Shown: positions 49,427 through 64,000 of the stretch, one piece after another | Layout of the letters: every line of letters starts with the position of its first letter | Position numbering within the stretch: the first letter of the stretch is position 1 | Program-made: the position numbers and the translations under genes | Assembly: GCA_964187785.1 (NCBI GenBank) | Contig: OZ076409.1 | Location: forward strand, 54,872,001 to 54,936,000 | DNA: 64,000 bases | Source: Amphiscolops sp. MND2022 | Lineage: Eukaryota | Direction of reading: 5' to 3' | The notes under the pieces: model-generated | Databases searched by the model: none | Seen by the model: the letters and a program-made list of their open reading frames with translations, nothing else | What the model was told of the DNA's origin: nothing

Positions 49427-51330
49427 AATTGAACCACTTTGTTATAGTAAATCCTTATATTTATCAAAATACTTAATTTTAATTTAGATGTCTTTCACAG
49501 TTTCTAGGGTGACATTTGATTAAATTGCGAGTATGGTTATTCCAAATTGACTGATAGGTCAAAACTAATATGTCACCAAGATGGTTTAATTGACAGTTTT
49601 CCTAATCATTCAAAACTAATCATTCGGAGCAACGAATAAGCACATCTTCAAGACCTTTATTAATTACCATAAAAATTTGGTATTTTCAGTCGAAGTAAAA
49701 AGATTATGCTTTTCCAGACAGATGCCATAATTTACTTTCAACTGGGAACTATTCGAAAGCCTCCAAATGTTGGTTGAACCAACCGAGATGCTGGTTTCAG
49801 GTTAGATCTCAACTCGCATCTGAGTTTCTAAAATAAAATCGAATGCCATTATGCCGATATCATTTGCGTTGAAATTTCAGTCCAACAAAATAATTGATGA
49901 CCACACAATCCTATCTATTACACTGATTGACAGTTAAAAGTTGCTCATTTATTTTTATGGCGGAGAAAATTTGAAATAGGGGCCAGGCGTCGATTTTTGC
50001 TATTTTGGACAATAGTATCAAAAAAACAGGGTCATATTTTTCTCGAAGTTTCAAAACAGCTGTAGAGACAATTCTTTATGAATTTTCAATCATAAAAATT
50101 CTTTTATTAGTGAAAGAATAAATAGAAATAGTTTCTTTCAAGAATAAAATGAGCTTTCGTGTTGGGGGGATTGGGGTTGCGCGGCGGAGGGTTCTTCGTA
50201 AATACGAAACAAGGTGTACCTGGGGGATCAGGTCTAAACATTTGAAAAAAATAATTGGTTTTCCCTTCAAGATTCGTCCATACTTTGCCATGGTATCAGG
50301 TCATTATCTCTTACGTCAAAATGTGCCAAGTTAAAATCTCTTGAAAGAAAATCTCTTATGTTAAAATCTCCTGAAATAGGGTATCGTAATTAGCTACGTT
50401 CACTTACCGATAGTGCCCTAAATGCAGGAGCGAAACGAAGCGGAGCGACGTGCCACTACTGGTCCAGTCGCTGGTTCTGAGAAAGGCGCCGGAAACAGAA
50501 AGGTCAAGTCATACAACCTATGTTTTGACCTATGTTTTAAAAGAGATTTTAACCTAGATTTTGACATGCATCCCTTTGACATGATCTCATTACCATTTTG
50601 GTAAAATCACAATAATATTGCAAGGTTATGACAAGGATCATCAAAGTTCATGATCTTAATAACAATCTCATTTCAAAAGCTAGGATGAAAAAGTTAATTA
50701 GAAAAAGACTATTTCTAGTTTTGCTAGCACTAATTAATCTTTCAAAGTATTCTTTTAATTCGTGAAAAATACTGACCAGTTCAGCTAAAAACATTTTTTT
50801 CTTTACAAACTGACTTTTATTGTTACCTCTGACGAAGACTTCTGTCTAAAAATTCATAAGAAAGTTGACTTTTTTGGAAAGGGTTCTGGAGTTCCGCTGT
50901 TTTAAACATCATTTTGGAAAATATATTGAATTGAGCGTCTGCTTTAAAGAAAACATTAAATTCAGAACATATATAATTATAATGAATTCAAGATATGGCG
51001 TCATTTCTGTTGAGTGCTCCAATAATATGTGGAACGTTCGCTAGTTTGATCTCGAAATTTAAGCGCCAACATTGAAAAAAAACATGTCTTAAATCACGAA
51101 ATTCAAACTCGGAAATGAGAAAAACAATCTGACTGTTGTGCATATTTTTTCAAATTGTAGGCAGAAATATACAAATATATTCATTATTTTTTGATTATTT
51201 GGTAATTATTAATAACGTCTATTAATTTGATCAAGAATCCTTTGAAATGATATATTTTTCCAATCTTCGTGGAAAAATAATTAAGAAGTATTTAAATGTT
51301 TGAGTTAAAAATTGCATATGTTGTTTTTAG

Positions 51331-53144
51331 AGCTGAAATTGAATGAATGTGACCCGAATACCTTCTACGAAGGAAGTGAGCAAAGTGATCTTGAAGTGGA
51401 GATCACCAAATGGATCAACCTCCCGCTTGCTCTTCTCATTCTCATTGCTTCTCCATTTGTGATCATAATGCCCTTCGTGAGTGAGCAACTCAACACTACA
51501 TGCCGTAAAATCATATCCCTCATAGTTCTCAGCGACCTACTGTCAACGGTGGCTAACATGGAACTTTCGTGGGGTAAGAAATGGAACCAGCTACCGGAGT
51601 ATATAGGTCAGCACTTTTTTTTCTTTTCTCTCCTTGAGTATTTCTATAGAAAAAATTTTACTGTTCTGTTCTCACCGTAAGTGCATGTAATGAATTATAT
51701 ATAGCCCACTACTTGCTAGTCATCAATGAATATTTTCCTCAATCAGAGATTATCATCAAAATGAAACATTATTCGAAAAATAACTTACTAATGCTACGAG
51801 TATTTGGAGCTACCAGAGATTTGTAGCAAAATAATGCATGTTTCGCAAGTCTGCAACACTTGAAAAAGTATAGCTCACATTGTGGAATTATAGTTGTAAA
51901 CAATTCTGAATGTAGGATTTTGAAAATCTGATGACTTCTTTCTTTGTTTCGAAATTCAAGAACACGAATAAATTTTAATTTGAAAAATTTTCAACAATTT
52001 TGGGGATGAGAGGAAAAATGCTCACAGGTATTTGTCTGACGGCGACCCTTGTGCGGACTGTGACCCAATTCTGGTCTTTGGCGTGGTAAGTCGAATTCAA
52101 TTTCCTGAAGTATCGATTAAATTTAAAACGAAAAAGTATGAAGGTGGTCAGACTCTGAAAAAAATTCCAAGGTGCAAATCTTCATTCTGGAATTGAAGTT
52201 GGATAGAGCTTTGAAAAAGACAGATTTATCTCAAAATCAAAAATCTATTTTGAAGAAACTCCATGCATTATCTTGGTTATATGTGATTTAAACTGTACAT
52301 TCAACTGAATGGACAATGATGATTTCCTTCAAAAAATGATTGGTTGGTCCAAAAAGTTCTAGATGATGCTTATCCTTGAACTTATTACTCAATTTGCTTA
52401 CAAATTGTCGAATTGCTGTGTTTTAGGACCATGTTACTGCTCTTGTATGTTTTCTTGCTGCTGCAGCGAAGATTCCAAATGAAGAAACGGATGTTTTTCA
52501 TCATTTCACACGTCAGCGTGTTCATTATTGGGATATCGGTCGTCCTGGTAACTATTTTGTGGAATACAAATTATGTCTACAGCGACGATTATTTCTCCCG
52601 CAACGTTTGCGCGCCTGAACCTCATTTCTTTCTTTACAGCAACGATACAAAATGCCTTCTCCCAGACAGCAAAGTCTACTCTTTGCTGAGTTTTTACATT
52701 ATTTACTTGGCCATAGCTTTCTTCGCCATTTTGATTTTCTTGCAAATCATTGCAACTGCCTACACAATTTACAGAGAACGAACTAGATCCCTGGTTGGTC
52801 ATTCTACTTCCGTGGGCCACTCAGTTGCTAAAGACCAATCATATGCCATTTTCAAAGCAACGTTCAGATATGCTGTGACTTCTTTGGTTTACATGGTATG
52901 TAGTATACCCTTAGTTGTCGTTCAAAGCGTTGTAGCGTTCAATGGACCTTTCGGTTACGAAATGAATGTCGTTTATGGTGTCTTCTTTGGACTTTACCAG
53001 CCTTTGGTAGCTCTTATAAATGTCAACGCTTATGGTTTGTTCAGTTTGACATTCAGACGAGAAACTAAACGTTCAATGAAGAAATTCTCGACTGTGATGC
53101 GACCCGACAATACCAGTCGGGATGACTACTTCTATCTGAATTAA
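51331..53144 (+). CDS. 7-TM GPCR-like host gene (cAMP-receptor-like/GPR157-type); exons 51331-51606, 52028-52085, 52427-53144; first exon not located
   Basis: GT-AG junctions in phase give ...EYIG-ICLTATLVRTVTQFWSLAW-TMLLLLYV...; about seven hydrophobic segments; Cys at the start of TM3 and in ECL2; QPLVALINVNAYG TM7. Confidence 0.8.
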
Positions 53145-53957
53145 CCAACCAATGAACTGCTCGAAGTCATGACAATTTTATCTGTCTGTTAACATAAATC
53201 CAATGTAAAAGTTTTGACGAAAGCGAGCAACTTTTCGTTTCCAAGACGCAGATAAAAGCAACAGGCAATTAAATAAACTTTTCTCAAGTTGCCCTAAACA
53301 GATCTGTTTTTCCCTCAAGATGCCCTAAGAATTAGAGTTTTTTACATGAAAACATCAGATATTTCTCATGCGGTCTTTACTGAGTTTCCCGGACATTTTT
53401 TCCCTTTTCCCAGGTACTTCTCACGTACCTTAGATATTTCTCATGGTACCCTTTTGAACTAAGTTTTTCAGGAAAATGTGAACGCGTTTTCAGGTAGCGT
53501 TTTTACAGTGAACTGTCACATCTTCCGTGACATGGTCGCATCGCGGTGTAACAATCATATAACTCATACTAATTATCGCCATATGAATAGTACCATGTCC
53601 TGTATGACTTCTAAAATTTCTGACACTACAATTTGAAGTTTTGTAAGATCTGTTGAAATTTTCAAGATGAGATTTTGACAAAAGCTATATATTTTTATTA
53701 CCTCTTCTTTGCACTCAGAAGAGTTTCATCTTTCTGATGTCAACAAAAAGTCAAAATCTACATTTTTGGAGGCTCGATTGACTTCACATGCCTTGATTCC
53801 AGGTAAATGTTAATTTGCTCGTGCGTTTTTTAGGGAAAGTGAAATGTTGAAATATCGCGATCAGTGTAAGTATCATATGTGAAACGTTAAAATATCGCGA
53901 CTTCAAATCAAACTTCTAAAATGAATAATGTAACAAGAGGCGGCCTTTGGAGGAATA

Positions 53958-54790
53958 CCCGGATTGACCCTCTTACTAGCATCATGGCAAGATTCTTACT
54001 AAGATCTTACCAAGATATATCATTGTAACGTCAAGCTAGTGACGCACATACTAGAACTAAGACAATGCTTAGGTTGCCTAGACAGCAGACCATAGTCCTA
54101 TAGCTAGCCCAAACATTAGTTTTTAGTCCCTAAAGGTCTCCTAGGGGACTTTTCCATACGTCTAGGGAGACTCTTCTAATTAGAGCTCCGTGGCGACATA
54201 CCGGCACACTCCCACAAGTCTGTAAAAACGTATCATAAGTTTCCTGCGACTTCCTACATACTTCCGAGGTCCAAAATTGGGGTTTAGCTGAAATACCTTT
54301 TATTTGCAGATAAAGATGTAAAAGTATAAAAATAGGGATCTAGTAGATCCGCTACCATCACAAATCTGCTAAATAACATGAATTAACATTGAAATACAGT
54401 GCTAACAGCACATTCTGGTTTTACATGGAGTTTCCAAAGTTTTCGGGGTGAACCATTGACGGGTTTGGCTTCTTCTTCGGGTTTTCCATGACATTTTATG
54501 GAAAAGACGGCACACAACTGTGATTTTCTATCTTCTCAGCTTTTCTGGCGTCTCTGTCGGTGTCTTCTTGGATTTCGTGGCTTTTGGGGGTTTTTTGTGT
54601 GTTTTTTCGTCTCGCTTCTTTCGGTATCTGCTAGGTCCGCCATTTTGAATTGACTTATTTGATATCGCACACTTTTTGAATTTCAACGAAATTTTTTTTC
54701 GACTGCCTGACGTTACACATTCCAGGATCGAATCTCACTAAGATGGGAAAATTCTAAGATTTCAAAATTTCGATGAAGAGTTTCAAAAAT
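53958..54790. mobile_element. Partial copy of the CCCGGG-TIR DNA transposon, interrupted by a solo LTR
   Basis: CCCGGATTGACCCTCTTACTAGCATC matches the reverse complement of 2223-2248; homology resumes after 54720. Confidence 0.7.
54024..54717 (-). repeat. Diverged solo LTR of the 5859/9985 family
   Basis: TGTAACG...CGTTACA ends, shared blocks (TAATTAGAGCTCCG, GGGATCTAGTAGATC); CAT on both flanks. Confidence 0.8.
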
Positions 54791-57566
54791 GGTCACATTC
54801 GTATAAAAATTCTTTTGCCGGGTTTTTACGCGATTTTTCAGCCTAGACTTTGATTTCGGGAGGGGGGAATGAGGTTAGAATAATAAAATCTAAAGGAATA
54901 AGATCTAAAAAATCGACATGCTTTCATAGGAAATAAGATCTGAAATTTTAAATCTTATCCCCTTTGAATCTTATTCTTAAGAAGAATAAGATCGAAAATT
55001 TCAGAACGGGAATAAGATCTAAAATCACTAAATTTTCTGTCGTTCTGGGGAATTTCAGATCCTTTTCCAGAGATTTTAGCCTTCATTCCAGTGGCTTTAA
55101 ATCTTGTTCCAGTGAAATGAAATCCGACATACAAGGTTTTTTCAGGGGGTTCCAGTGTTATATTTTATAGGTATCAGGGGTTTCGGCTCTCAATTCAGTG
55201 GTTTTTGATCTTAATTCTGTGAATTTTAGATAGATTTAGTGATTTTTTTGTTATTCCGTTTGTGTTAGAACCTATTCTAGTGATATTAAAAAATTGTTTC
55301 AGTGGTTTTCGATGTTATTCTAATGGTTGTAAAGATTGTTCTGTAATTTTATAGTTTAGAGTGAGTTTTAGGTTTTCAATAGCTTTCAATTTAATGTTTT
55401 TTGACGCAGCTTTTTTCGCAGCGAAATGATAATTTTGCGAAAAAAATAAATGGTTCAATTTGGAAACAAACAAAAGTTTGACATCCAATCCCAACTTATC
55501 CGTACCAAACAAAATATATAAAAGACGTCAAAAATTTAGAGACAACGCTCATTTTCAATCGAAAAAAAAACAATATCCGAAACTGACGAAATTCAGAATC
55601 ATTGGCACGGGTTTGATGTGAACTTCCACGCTGGATGAATTTTTCAGTGAGAAAAAAATTAACAAAAACGTCGTACAATCATGCAATAACATGGTTTTCT
55701 TGGTTGGACCTATCAGAGTAAAAAAATTCCTTGACTGAAAGTATCACCAGAACATGAATTTGAGATTTTTTGTTTGAAAAAAAATTTAATTCTAAAAAAA
55801 GACGCATAGTGCTGATATCACCCAAGGTGCGATCTTAGTGCTTCGAAAAACGCAAATCCTAACTGAATTTAAAAATTCTGGAGCAGCGAACCTCTTATGG
55901 AATGAAATATGGCTAAAATTCCAACAGAGCAGAAAAAAAACTTATTTCTCCTCCGAATGCTTGAGGGCAACTATTGAAACAACCTTCATCAAACACAAAG
56001 ATGAAAAAAAAGTTACGCTCAAGACTAAAAACGGTTTTCTTCAACAGGAAGCTTCAAAAGAACAAATTTTGAACAAAACCACAAAGTGGAGAAAAAAGTC
56101 GCACGCAGCCGGAAAAACACCGAAGAGAAAATAAATCACTGTTGCCAAACAAGTTAAACTTCAAAGGACACTTTCGAATCCGAAGAATCCGAAGTTTAGT
56201 GGAATCCACGGCAAGATCCGAATGTTTAAGGTATTTGATAGTGGAATCCTATGCATTGCAGCGAAATTCACTGCGGAGAAATCGCCAAAAAAGTGGAATC
56301 GACTGCAACGCAACAGCATTTGTCAGTGGATTACGCTGCACGCTTTTCAAAACTGCTGTCCCGCGAAATCCACCGCAAAAATTCAAAATAACCACTTTTG
56401 GCACTGTAATGTTATATTCTATCTACATGGCGCTACTTTTATGTTGCCGTCATTGAGTAGTCTAATGTGTTTGATGCTCTGTGACTTTAGTTTCGTGCGT
56501 ATGATATTTTTGTGAAAACTAAAAACTTCACTTTCGACATGTAATTTTTCGTCTCCTCCCGAAACAAAAATCATTGTTTTGGCTGGAGATTTTTTGAACA
56601 CTATCTGCAAACAACTACTAGACGGTCTGTGGAAAACAAACGTAATAGTACTTTCCAGTTGGCCGAAAAATTAACGCGATCTTCTCAACCTGATGATGGA
56701 GCCTGAGAAGCAGACCTGCGTGGGTTCGTGTCGCGAGCTAGACCAACCTTTTTAATGCTCGCAAGACCGAACCTGGCATCCGTTTTCCGATTTAAATTAT
56801 GGGCATTTCTAGCAAAATAACCAAAAAAAATATACTTTCGGGTTTTTATAACAGTTGAATTTCCGCAGAAGTCATTGATAACCTAGAAACACTATATTTC
56901 ATTCAAGTATGTTGTTAGAGTTTGATTTTTAGAAACGAAAAGAAAACGAAAGATCTTATTGCAGTTTTCGGCACTTTGCGAATTTCGGCAATTTGCGACG
57001 TTTTGCGAGCTTGGAGGACATCCTTTGGGTTTTCCGGCCCTGTGCAACGTTGTCGAAAAATGATTCTCTAAAAACGTTTTTTGCCAAAATTTCGTGACGT
57101 TTCTAGTTGGATAAATTCATTTTTCAAATCTCAGAAGTGATGTTTTTGGTTTGTTTCAGGTAAAGTGAGGTTGATGAGAGTTTTCTCAAAATGTCCAAAG
57201 TTGAGTCAACCTAAGATCTAGAGTGCGTCCATGGGCGCCGAAGGGCTCCTATTGTTCTTTCACACAACTTGATTTTTTGAATGATTCAAAGGTTCCACCA
57301 CTCGTTTTTTTTTCAGCACTGTGCAATTTTTTGTCCGAGATTGTCTCAGGTGTTGCCAAAAATAGTGTGGTGTTTGACCCCGCCCATTGTTTAAGTTTTT
57401 TTTCAGTTTGAGCAATAAAATCACGGTTTATATAGGGTATTTAACAATAAAAGAGTGCTGGATCAGAATTGTTGACGCCATATCTGTATGATTCTACGTC
57501 TTGTGAGGATGAGTGAGAGGTTAGTGTCTTTTTTTTCGACAAAATGAATTTTGATACTACCGGTGA

Positions 57567-59624
57567 TGTAACTACCGGTCATCCGTAACAAGTAGCGGAC
57601 TTCACTGTCGATGAGGACTCCTATCTGAAAACTTGACTGTTGACTGAAAAACTTCTTGTAGTTTCTTCAGAAAACTAGGCCAGTTGAATTTTTGCAGCTC
57701 GAAGTAAACGACTTCTTTGACGTGGCTAAGTTTGATGATTTTAATGGGTCCGAACGTTTCTTTGTATGTTTTCAGAGCCTTCTCAGCTCGTTCGAAAGCT
57801 GTGTCAGCATCGGGTGCTGTCACAGCCCCAGCTAAGCTATGTGTACTGCCACGAGATAAGCTCAGTCTATGGAGAAAGAAAATGGGAATAGAAGAAGAAA
57901 TGAGAATAGAAGAACAAAAGGGAAACAATCGAAGAATCAACACCTAAAACAATAAGTAAGTAACTGTTCTTTGTGCTATACTTCTACTAATAACCCAAAA
58001 ATAACGGCGCTGAAGTAAAATAATAACCAAACGAATCACACTCCAATATTTATCTAATTACATACAATCATATATTTGTATACATATAGAGACATACATT
58101 TAACGTACCAACCAATACGAGATACTGTGCAGTTAATAGTATTTAATGCAGTGCTATATAATAATAACAATAATAATAATGGAAATACGCTGCCTGGCGA
58201 GCGGTCTGAGAAATTGAACAGCAATATCGCTGCCTGGCAGGCGGCCTCAACTGAGCACAGAGGGAGGCGCCGGCCTGGCAAGCGACCTCAGCTAGCTATG
58301 CTCAATTCACTGCAATTCAATCCTTAATGTGATTCTACCGAAAACATGTAAATTAATTTATGTTCAAACCATTGTTGAAACAACGTAGAATATGTAACTG
58401 TTGCGAATAAGACAATTACACTGGAAAGCGCCGTAATCATGTAACTCGGCCCAGGACACGTCCCAGGCCGAAAGAATATTTAATCGACTGTAGGAATAGA
58501 TAACGTTGGCGATAAGAATGATTCCCTTTCTTCCTCACGGTAATAAAGTTTATTATGAGTGTTTGTAAATGATGGAAGTTAATTACATGCAGTTTATAGT
58601 CCCATTTTTCATTTAAACACGGTTTAATGTATTAAACGTTCCAGACCACGGCCTGGGACCGGAATTTTGTCACTTCTTGATTTTTATCATCTAACGTCTT
58701 AAAATCCAGCCTTTCCACTCAATCATAATATTGTGCAGTGTTTTGAAGACTTTCTAATCAAATCAAGAGACATTTTGTCCAGAGTGAAATTGAGTGTAAT
58801 TTTTTTTTCATTTTTCCCTTGTCAGATGTAGTTTTGTGATTCATCCGTATACTTTCATTGCCAAGTTCAACTTTGGCGTCTCGAAAAGGCGGGAATTGGA
58901 GGCGAAGGGAAGCGGAGTCGCAGCTCAAGCAGGAAATGGAAATTGCTTTCCTTGGAAAGCATGAACAAAGTGAGAGTCTGATTCGACAAAGCGGAACTGA
59001 CTTCCTGTTTCCTGCCTTGGAAGGACGGCAGGCTGGCTGAATGAGGCGTGAAGGTTGTGTGCAATTTCCCCCACCCTTGAGAGCGGAAAGTTTAAATACT
59101 TGTGATTTTGGAATTGATTTCAGTTGAAAATTTTGCGAATCTTTGGCCTTTTGATCCGTTATTGGTAATGAATAAACCCTCAAACTTCAAATTTTCTTGA
59201 CTACTTAGTAGAAATCTTCAAGCCGAATTTTCCAGTCTGAGTTAGTACTGTAAAACTAAAATGCCTGAAAGATCATCCAAAAGGAAAGCCAGAAGGGTTT
59301 CCCCAACTAGTTCGTTCGCTAGACGGGCCTGAAGCTGCGAGTTTGAGGACCGAAAACGTTGCGAGTATTTCAGAAAAAGATTTTTTCGAGATTTCTGAAA
59401 TGGATGAGAAGTCTGTCAGCAGGAGAATAAAAGAAACTGAAACGAATTAAAGAGAGATTCTTAAGATGATAGAAAACCTATCTTCCTAAATTAACACATT
59501 GTCTGGTAAAGCACCTGGGACTACGGTCTCAGAGACGAACGAAACCAATCCTGAGATCACGGCTTCTACCTCTAGATCTACAGAATGAAATGAAATTAAA
59601 TGATCCAAGTTGGAGGTCACTACA
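57567..59624 (+). repeat. Probable ~2-kb solo LTR of a gag-in-LTR Gypsy family
   Basis: TGTAAC...ACTACA ends; decayed gag-like N-terminus MPERSSKRKARR...REILKMIENL from 59261, paralleling MSTTRSQKRR...QREMLKLL; TSD imperfect (GGTGA/GGCGC). Confidence 0.45.
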
Positions 59625-60319
59625 GGCGCCAGCATGCTTTTGTGTGGTGGCTAATACAACTTACTGGAACGCTTTTCTCGGTAACTTCGATACAATGATT
59701 TCATTGGTAATTTCCCACACACTGGCTGCATTACTGCTGGAATCTTGATTTAGGTATTGTTTAATTCGGCTGCTCGCTTCGCTGATTTCACGATCTCTCT
59801 TTTCCAATCTCTGTTTTTCCAGTTAAGCCACTTTGGAAGAAGTGGGTCATTGACTGAAATTTTGTTTGTAAGTGAGAATAATGTCGGATAGTCTTTTGGG
59901 TGCCCTGCGAATAGCTCAGTTTCCTAGTCAACAAAGATTTTGGCGTCCAATCAAGCCGGAAAACGGAATAGTAACCAAAGGAATACTAACTAACAAGACG
60001 GGAACGAATAAAGTCGGCGCTATATCTAAGGCTCAAAAAGCGCAAAAGACTTTTTTGAAAAACCTTGAAATTTTTGATTTTTTTCTTTCAGAAAATGTCG
60101 CATAGTGCCAAAAAATGTAAAAGGGGGGACCCTCTGAGCTTTATTAACATATATTCTGTTGCAAAATATCAAAAAACTCGAAAGGGGGACTCTTTTGAGA
60201 CATTAAAAAATTTTCGAAAAAAGTCGCACAATGCCGAATAAAACTCGAAAGGGGGACCCTTTAGTCTCGCCCGGTTCTGTAGGTTACGTTAAAAAAGTAA
60301 AAAATGAAAGGGGGGACCA

Positions 60320-63300
60320 ACGAGTATCAGATAAACGGAAAAAGAACCCGGACCAAGACAAGACTTTATCTGGGGTGCCGGCCCATCGGCTCGAGGGGAA
60401 GTTAACACAGACCGAGACACCATCAAAGTGAGAAAACTAATACAGCTATTCAAAGACTACTGCAAGCCGAAATGAAACACGTACCACAGACGTGAAGATT
60501 TCTTTTGGGCCAAACAAAAAAAAACGAAACTCCAGGATAAAACAGGCGGAAGCTAGTGTTCTTAAAAAAGTAGCCAGTTGAAAGACATCAAAGAAGAAGA
60601 TCTACACATATCAAAAATTGTTACCAGTATTACCACTAACAACAATTACGGGAAAATCTATTTCGTGAAAAAACACCAAAGCTCAAAACAACCATGGACC
60701 TATCAACACAGAAGAGCTATGACAAACGGCATAAATAGTCCACAATACCCAAGGCACTCTCAAGGGGAAAACAGCAAAAACCCATACTCAAAGGACAACC
60801 ACGACAAATTCAAGAATAATAGAAGAACCAAAACCAAAACAACAACTACAACAGAACAACAAAAAAGATTTATTGGGCATTTTGTGGACAGTAAAACTGG
60901 ACATCACAACACAAACACTTAAGGAAAACTATGGAGTGCAACTGCTGCCACCAAATAGGACATCGCGAAGTATGTCGAAGCAAAACGGTAAATACAACAA
61001 GAACGAGAATAGAGTACCTCAGAACAAACGACGACGAAGAAGAAAGCAGACCCTAACAAATCTGGCGAACAACACAAATCAACAAAAGACTATCGGACAA
61101 ATATGTTCACTACGGTATCAAACTGAAGATGAACGGAAATTCAAAGAAAATTACCACCGATACCGGCTCTCTCCGGTTACAATCATGCCCAATGACCCGT
61201 CATTGTATAAATCGGAAGACATCGAACTGTTGGAAGAAAGGAACCAAGAGGTGAACGAAAAAAAGTTCTTTGCATTCAAGAATAATTCTTGGACGAAGAC
61301 ATCATTCAATCAAAAACAATGCACACAAAATTTAAAAAGTTGTTTGAAACGAACCACATTATCAAAACACATTTTGAGGTAAGAATCTAAATAAATCTGG
61401 GATGCTGTCCGATCCAACAAAACGCTTGACCGATACGGTACCACCTACAAAAAGACCTAAATAATGAATTAACCGATTATTGAAGTCCGGACACTTGCGA
61501 AGAGTAGAAACTATCGAAGAAGACGGTGCCGCATCACCCATAGACAACAATGCCTTGCCTCGCCAACTGCAAGAGCAACACGGAAACCATCGTACCTACA
61601 GATGCATGCAATACCGACCTCGGGGTAGCACTATAGCAAAAATAAAAAGTGGAGAATTGAAACCTACTGCTTTCGCCAGCCGCCACCTAAACGATGCAGA
61701 AAAATATTCAATCAGCCAAAAAGACCTAAACGTAATATGGGGACTTGAACGATTGCGATTCCATTCATTAGGTAAACAAATGCAGCCATTCTCCGACCAT
61801 CAACCACACGAACTTTTACCGGGGAAACAGAACAAAAAAATAACAAGCGCCGTCTAAGACAATAGATGGTTAGAATAAACCACTTCGTTATTAGCCTAAA
61901 ACATACTGCAGGCAACAAAAGTATTTTTAGGGAATTCATCAGCAGCAATGTCACGAAAAAACAGGAACAGGAAGAACACTAAGCAGAATAAATTCTTGTT
62001 CGAACACCATTGCGCAACTAGCAACGGTAAATGTCCGCATTGGATAGGTATATATCCAATCAGATGACGCAAATACGAACAGCGCAGCAAACATGCTTGA
62101 TACGCGCTGCTACCAAACAAACCAAAGCCACACAGATTTGAATCACTCTACATTAGAGACGGCATTGTCAAATTGACTACTGAAAACTCGACAACGAACA
62201 ACAAAAAAGGCTGCAACCGAAATGATTCCAATCGAGACCAATTTTTCCGGGTTGACGGAAAACTTGTCCATTGGGGAGCAGAAAACGGAATCATGTTAAT
62301 TAACTACGAGAGAGAAAAGTCACCCGGAACTGCGGTACTGGTCAGAAGACGAATCGAACTGAGACATGAGACCAAAATGGAATAGAAACTTGTGAAGCGA
62401 CATCTACTTGCGCAGGAGACACGAAGAAGATGAGAGAAGAAAAATGAAACGCCTCGAACTCCAACTCAAAAGGAGGGAAGAGCTAAGAAACACCCACCTA
62501 GGCGGAGGCCATTCCTGAACAATCGGCTACGAAATACCACTAAACCAATAGGAACCAGAACGAACAGAGTATCCGGGTACATCACACGATGCAGGGGCGT
62601 AGCCAGCAGTTCCGGTCCAAGATTATCGCAATGGCCCAATCGACTACGTCCTCGTTCACCGTGTGGTGGAAAAGAAAACGGTCAGCAACAAGCAACATGA
62701 AGACCATATCAAGGCCGTCAAACTAGACTTCAAGTTAGTTCTAGAGACGCGAATAAAACAAACAGCCGCCGTCTCAGACCTTATAGAAATCAACTGCTGC
62801 CTCGATGACAAAAACATCGACTACATTGTGAGTACAAGACCTCAACAAAGAAACTCACTAATCGCTGGGGTATCGCCATGGTGGACGATTGCATTATTGT
62901 ACGAAAAACTCTGCGCTACGCAACCTTCAACGCCCTACTTCGGATATCTCAGAGAAAGCAAAATGTGCAGTGATGGAACATTGTTCTGCTGACCGAATAT
63001 GCGGACAGACATCGGAAGAAAATCAAAAACATACGCAGCTTGCCTAACTGCTGATAAGAATTTGAAATTATAAATACCCCAAAACCCAAAACCAAAATCG
63101 AACCGCCTAAAACACCTGACGTTGAAGCTCAAATGAAATTTACAGGAAAACTATATAATAAATTCATTCCGTTAAACCCATTTTTTGGTATCGCAGTCCA
63201 CCAAAACAAAGACTGGCCGTTGGCAAAGTTCTGCAACAATGCCAACCAAGAAAATGTCAATACATTCCTAAATGATTATGTAATTTTATACGGAGTACCC

Positions 63301-63540
63301 GACTCATCAAAATGAACAAAATAGGTGCTTTTATCTCCAAAAGCAGCAAGGATACTGTTAATAGCAAACGTTACACTGTAACCACGGTACGGCAAACCTA
63401 TAGACTAGCACCGGATTGGTCGAGAGAACAATCCAATCACCGAAGAACCTTATCAGAGCAACTCTAGAAGGCGAACTAAATCTCCGTGAACGTTTGAACA
63501 AGATTTGCTGTACATTCTGAAAGAAGACGCCCGCTAAGCA
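60320..63540 (+). pseudogene. Heavily decayed Gypsy gag-pol
   Basis: ELKPTAFASRHLNDAEKY...WGLERLRF RNase H segment, YGVP integrase remnant, gag similar to 29600-30300. Confidence 0.7.
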
Positions 63541-64000
63541 CCGCGATATTTTCCGCGACACGCTTATTGCAAAAAAAGTATGGCAAAGGAGAGGTTCGAA
63601 CCCAGGACCTACTGGCTGGAAAACGCAAAACATTTCAAGCACCAGCCCGGGTTCGAACGCAGGACCTTCAACCTGTCTGAGCCACCATAATTGACGTGAC
63701 TCAGTTGTAACTTCTCTAGTAAACTAGTAAATAGTCAAGTAACTATGTGACGTACACTTCACTCTATGGAGTTGAGATAAAGTGGAGTATTGGGAGACTT
63801 CGTAAAAAAAGCATCATGATTTTTCTCCACCATTTATGTGAGCGGAAAATAACGACGATAACACTATTCCAATCCCACTTTGGCCGCTAACCCAGAGTTA
63901 AACAGCCTAAGCTTAAAACGTTGTTTTAGTGGACACAAAGGATCTATGAGTTCACCTTGCCCAAAATTCGGCGGGGAAACTAACTGATCATCTAGTCATG

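Noticed and set aside
54890..55330. AATAAGATCT repeat cluster as a defined element
   Set aside because: No termini or TSD could be assigned
63585..63665. tRNA gene
   Set aside because: Only B-box-like GGTTCGAA motifs, no cloverleaf; SINE-like remnant

Overview
AT-rich, repeat-dense animal-like eukaryotic DNA with spliceosomal introns; no prokaryotic features. The centrepiece is a young 16.5-kb Ty3/Gypsy LTR retrotransposon on the minus strand (11466-28002; two 2487-bp LTRs about 99.6% identical by eye; CCCGC target-site duplication). Besides gag and a -1 frameshifted pol, it carries about 5.5 kb of cargo. This cargo is an antisense 8-exon, ~1073-aa gene resembling a catalytically altered hAT transposase, plus a divergent acidic ORF with SIM-like motifs, flanking a CRE/CCAAT repeat region that looks like a shared promoter. 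That element and a non-autonomous LTR element with an apparent 3-bp TSD both sit inside an older Gypsy gag. The rest of the window holds nested decayed LINEs, decayed Gypsy copies, a decayed Polinton/Maverick-type DNA polymerase B, MITEs, solo LTRs, a spliced 7-TM GPCR-like host gene and a probable signal-peptide exon. All family assignments come from motif recognition by eye, not database searches.
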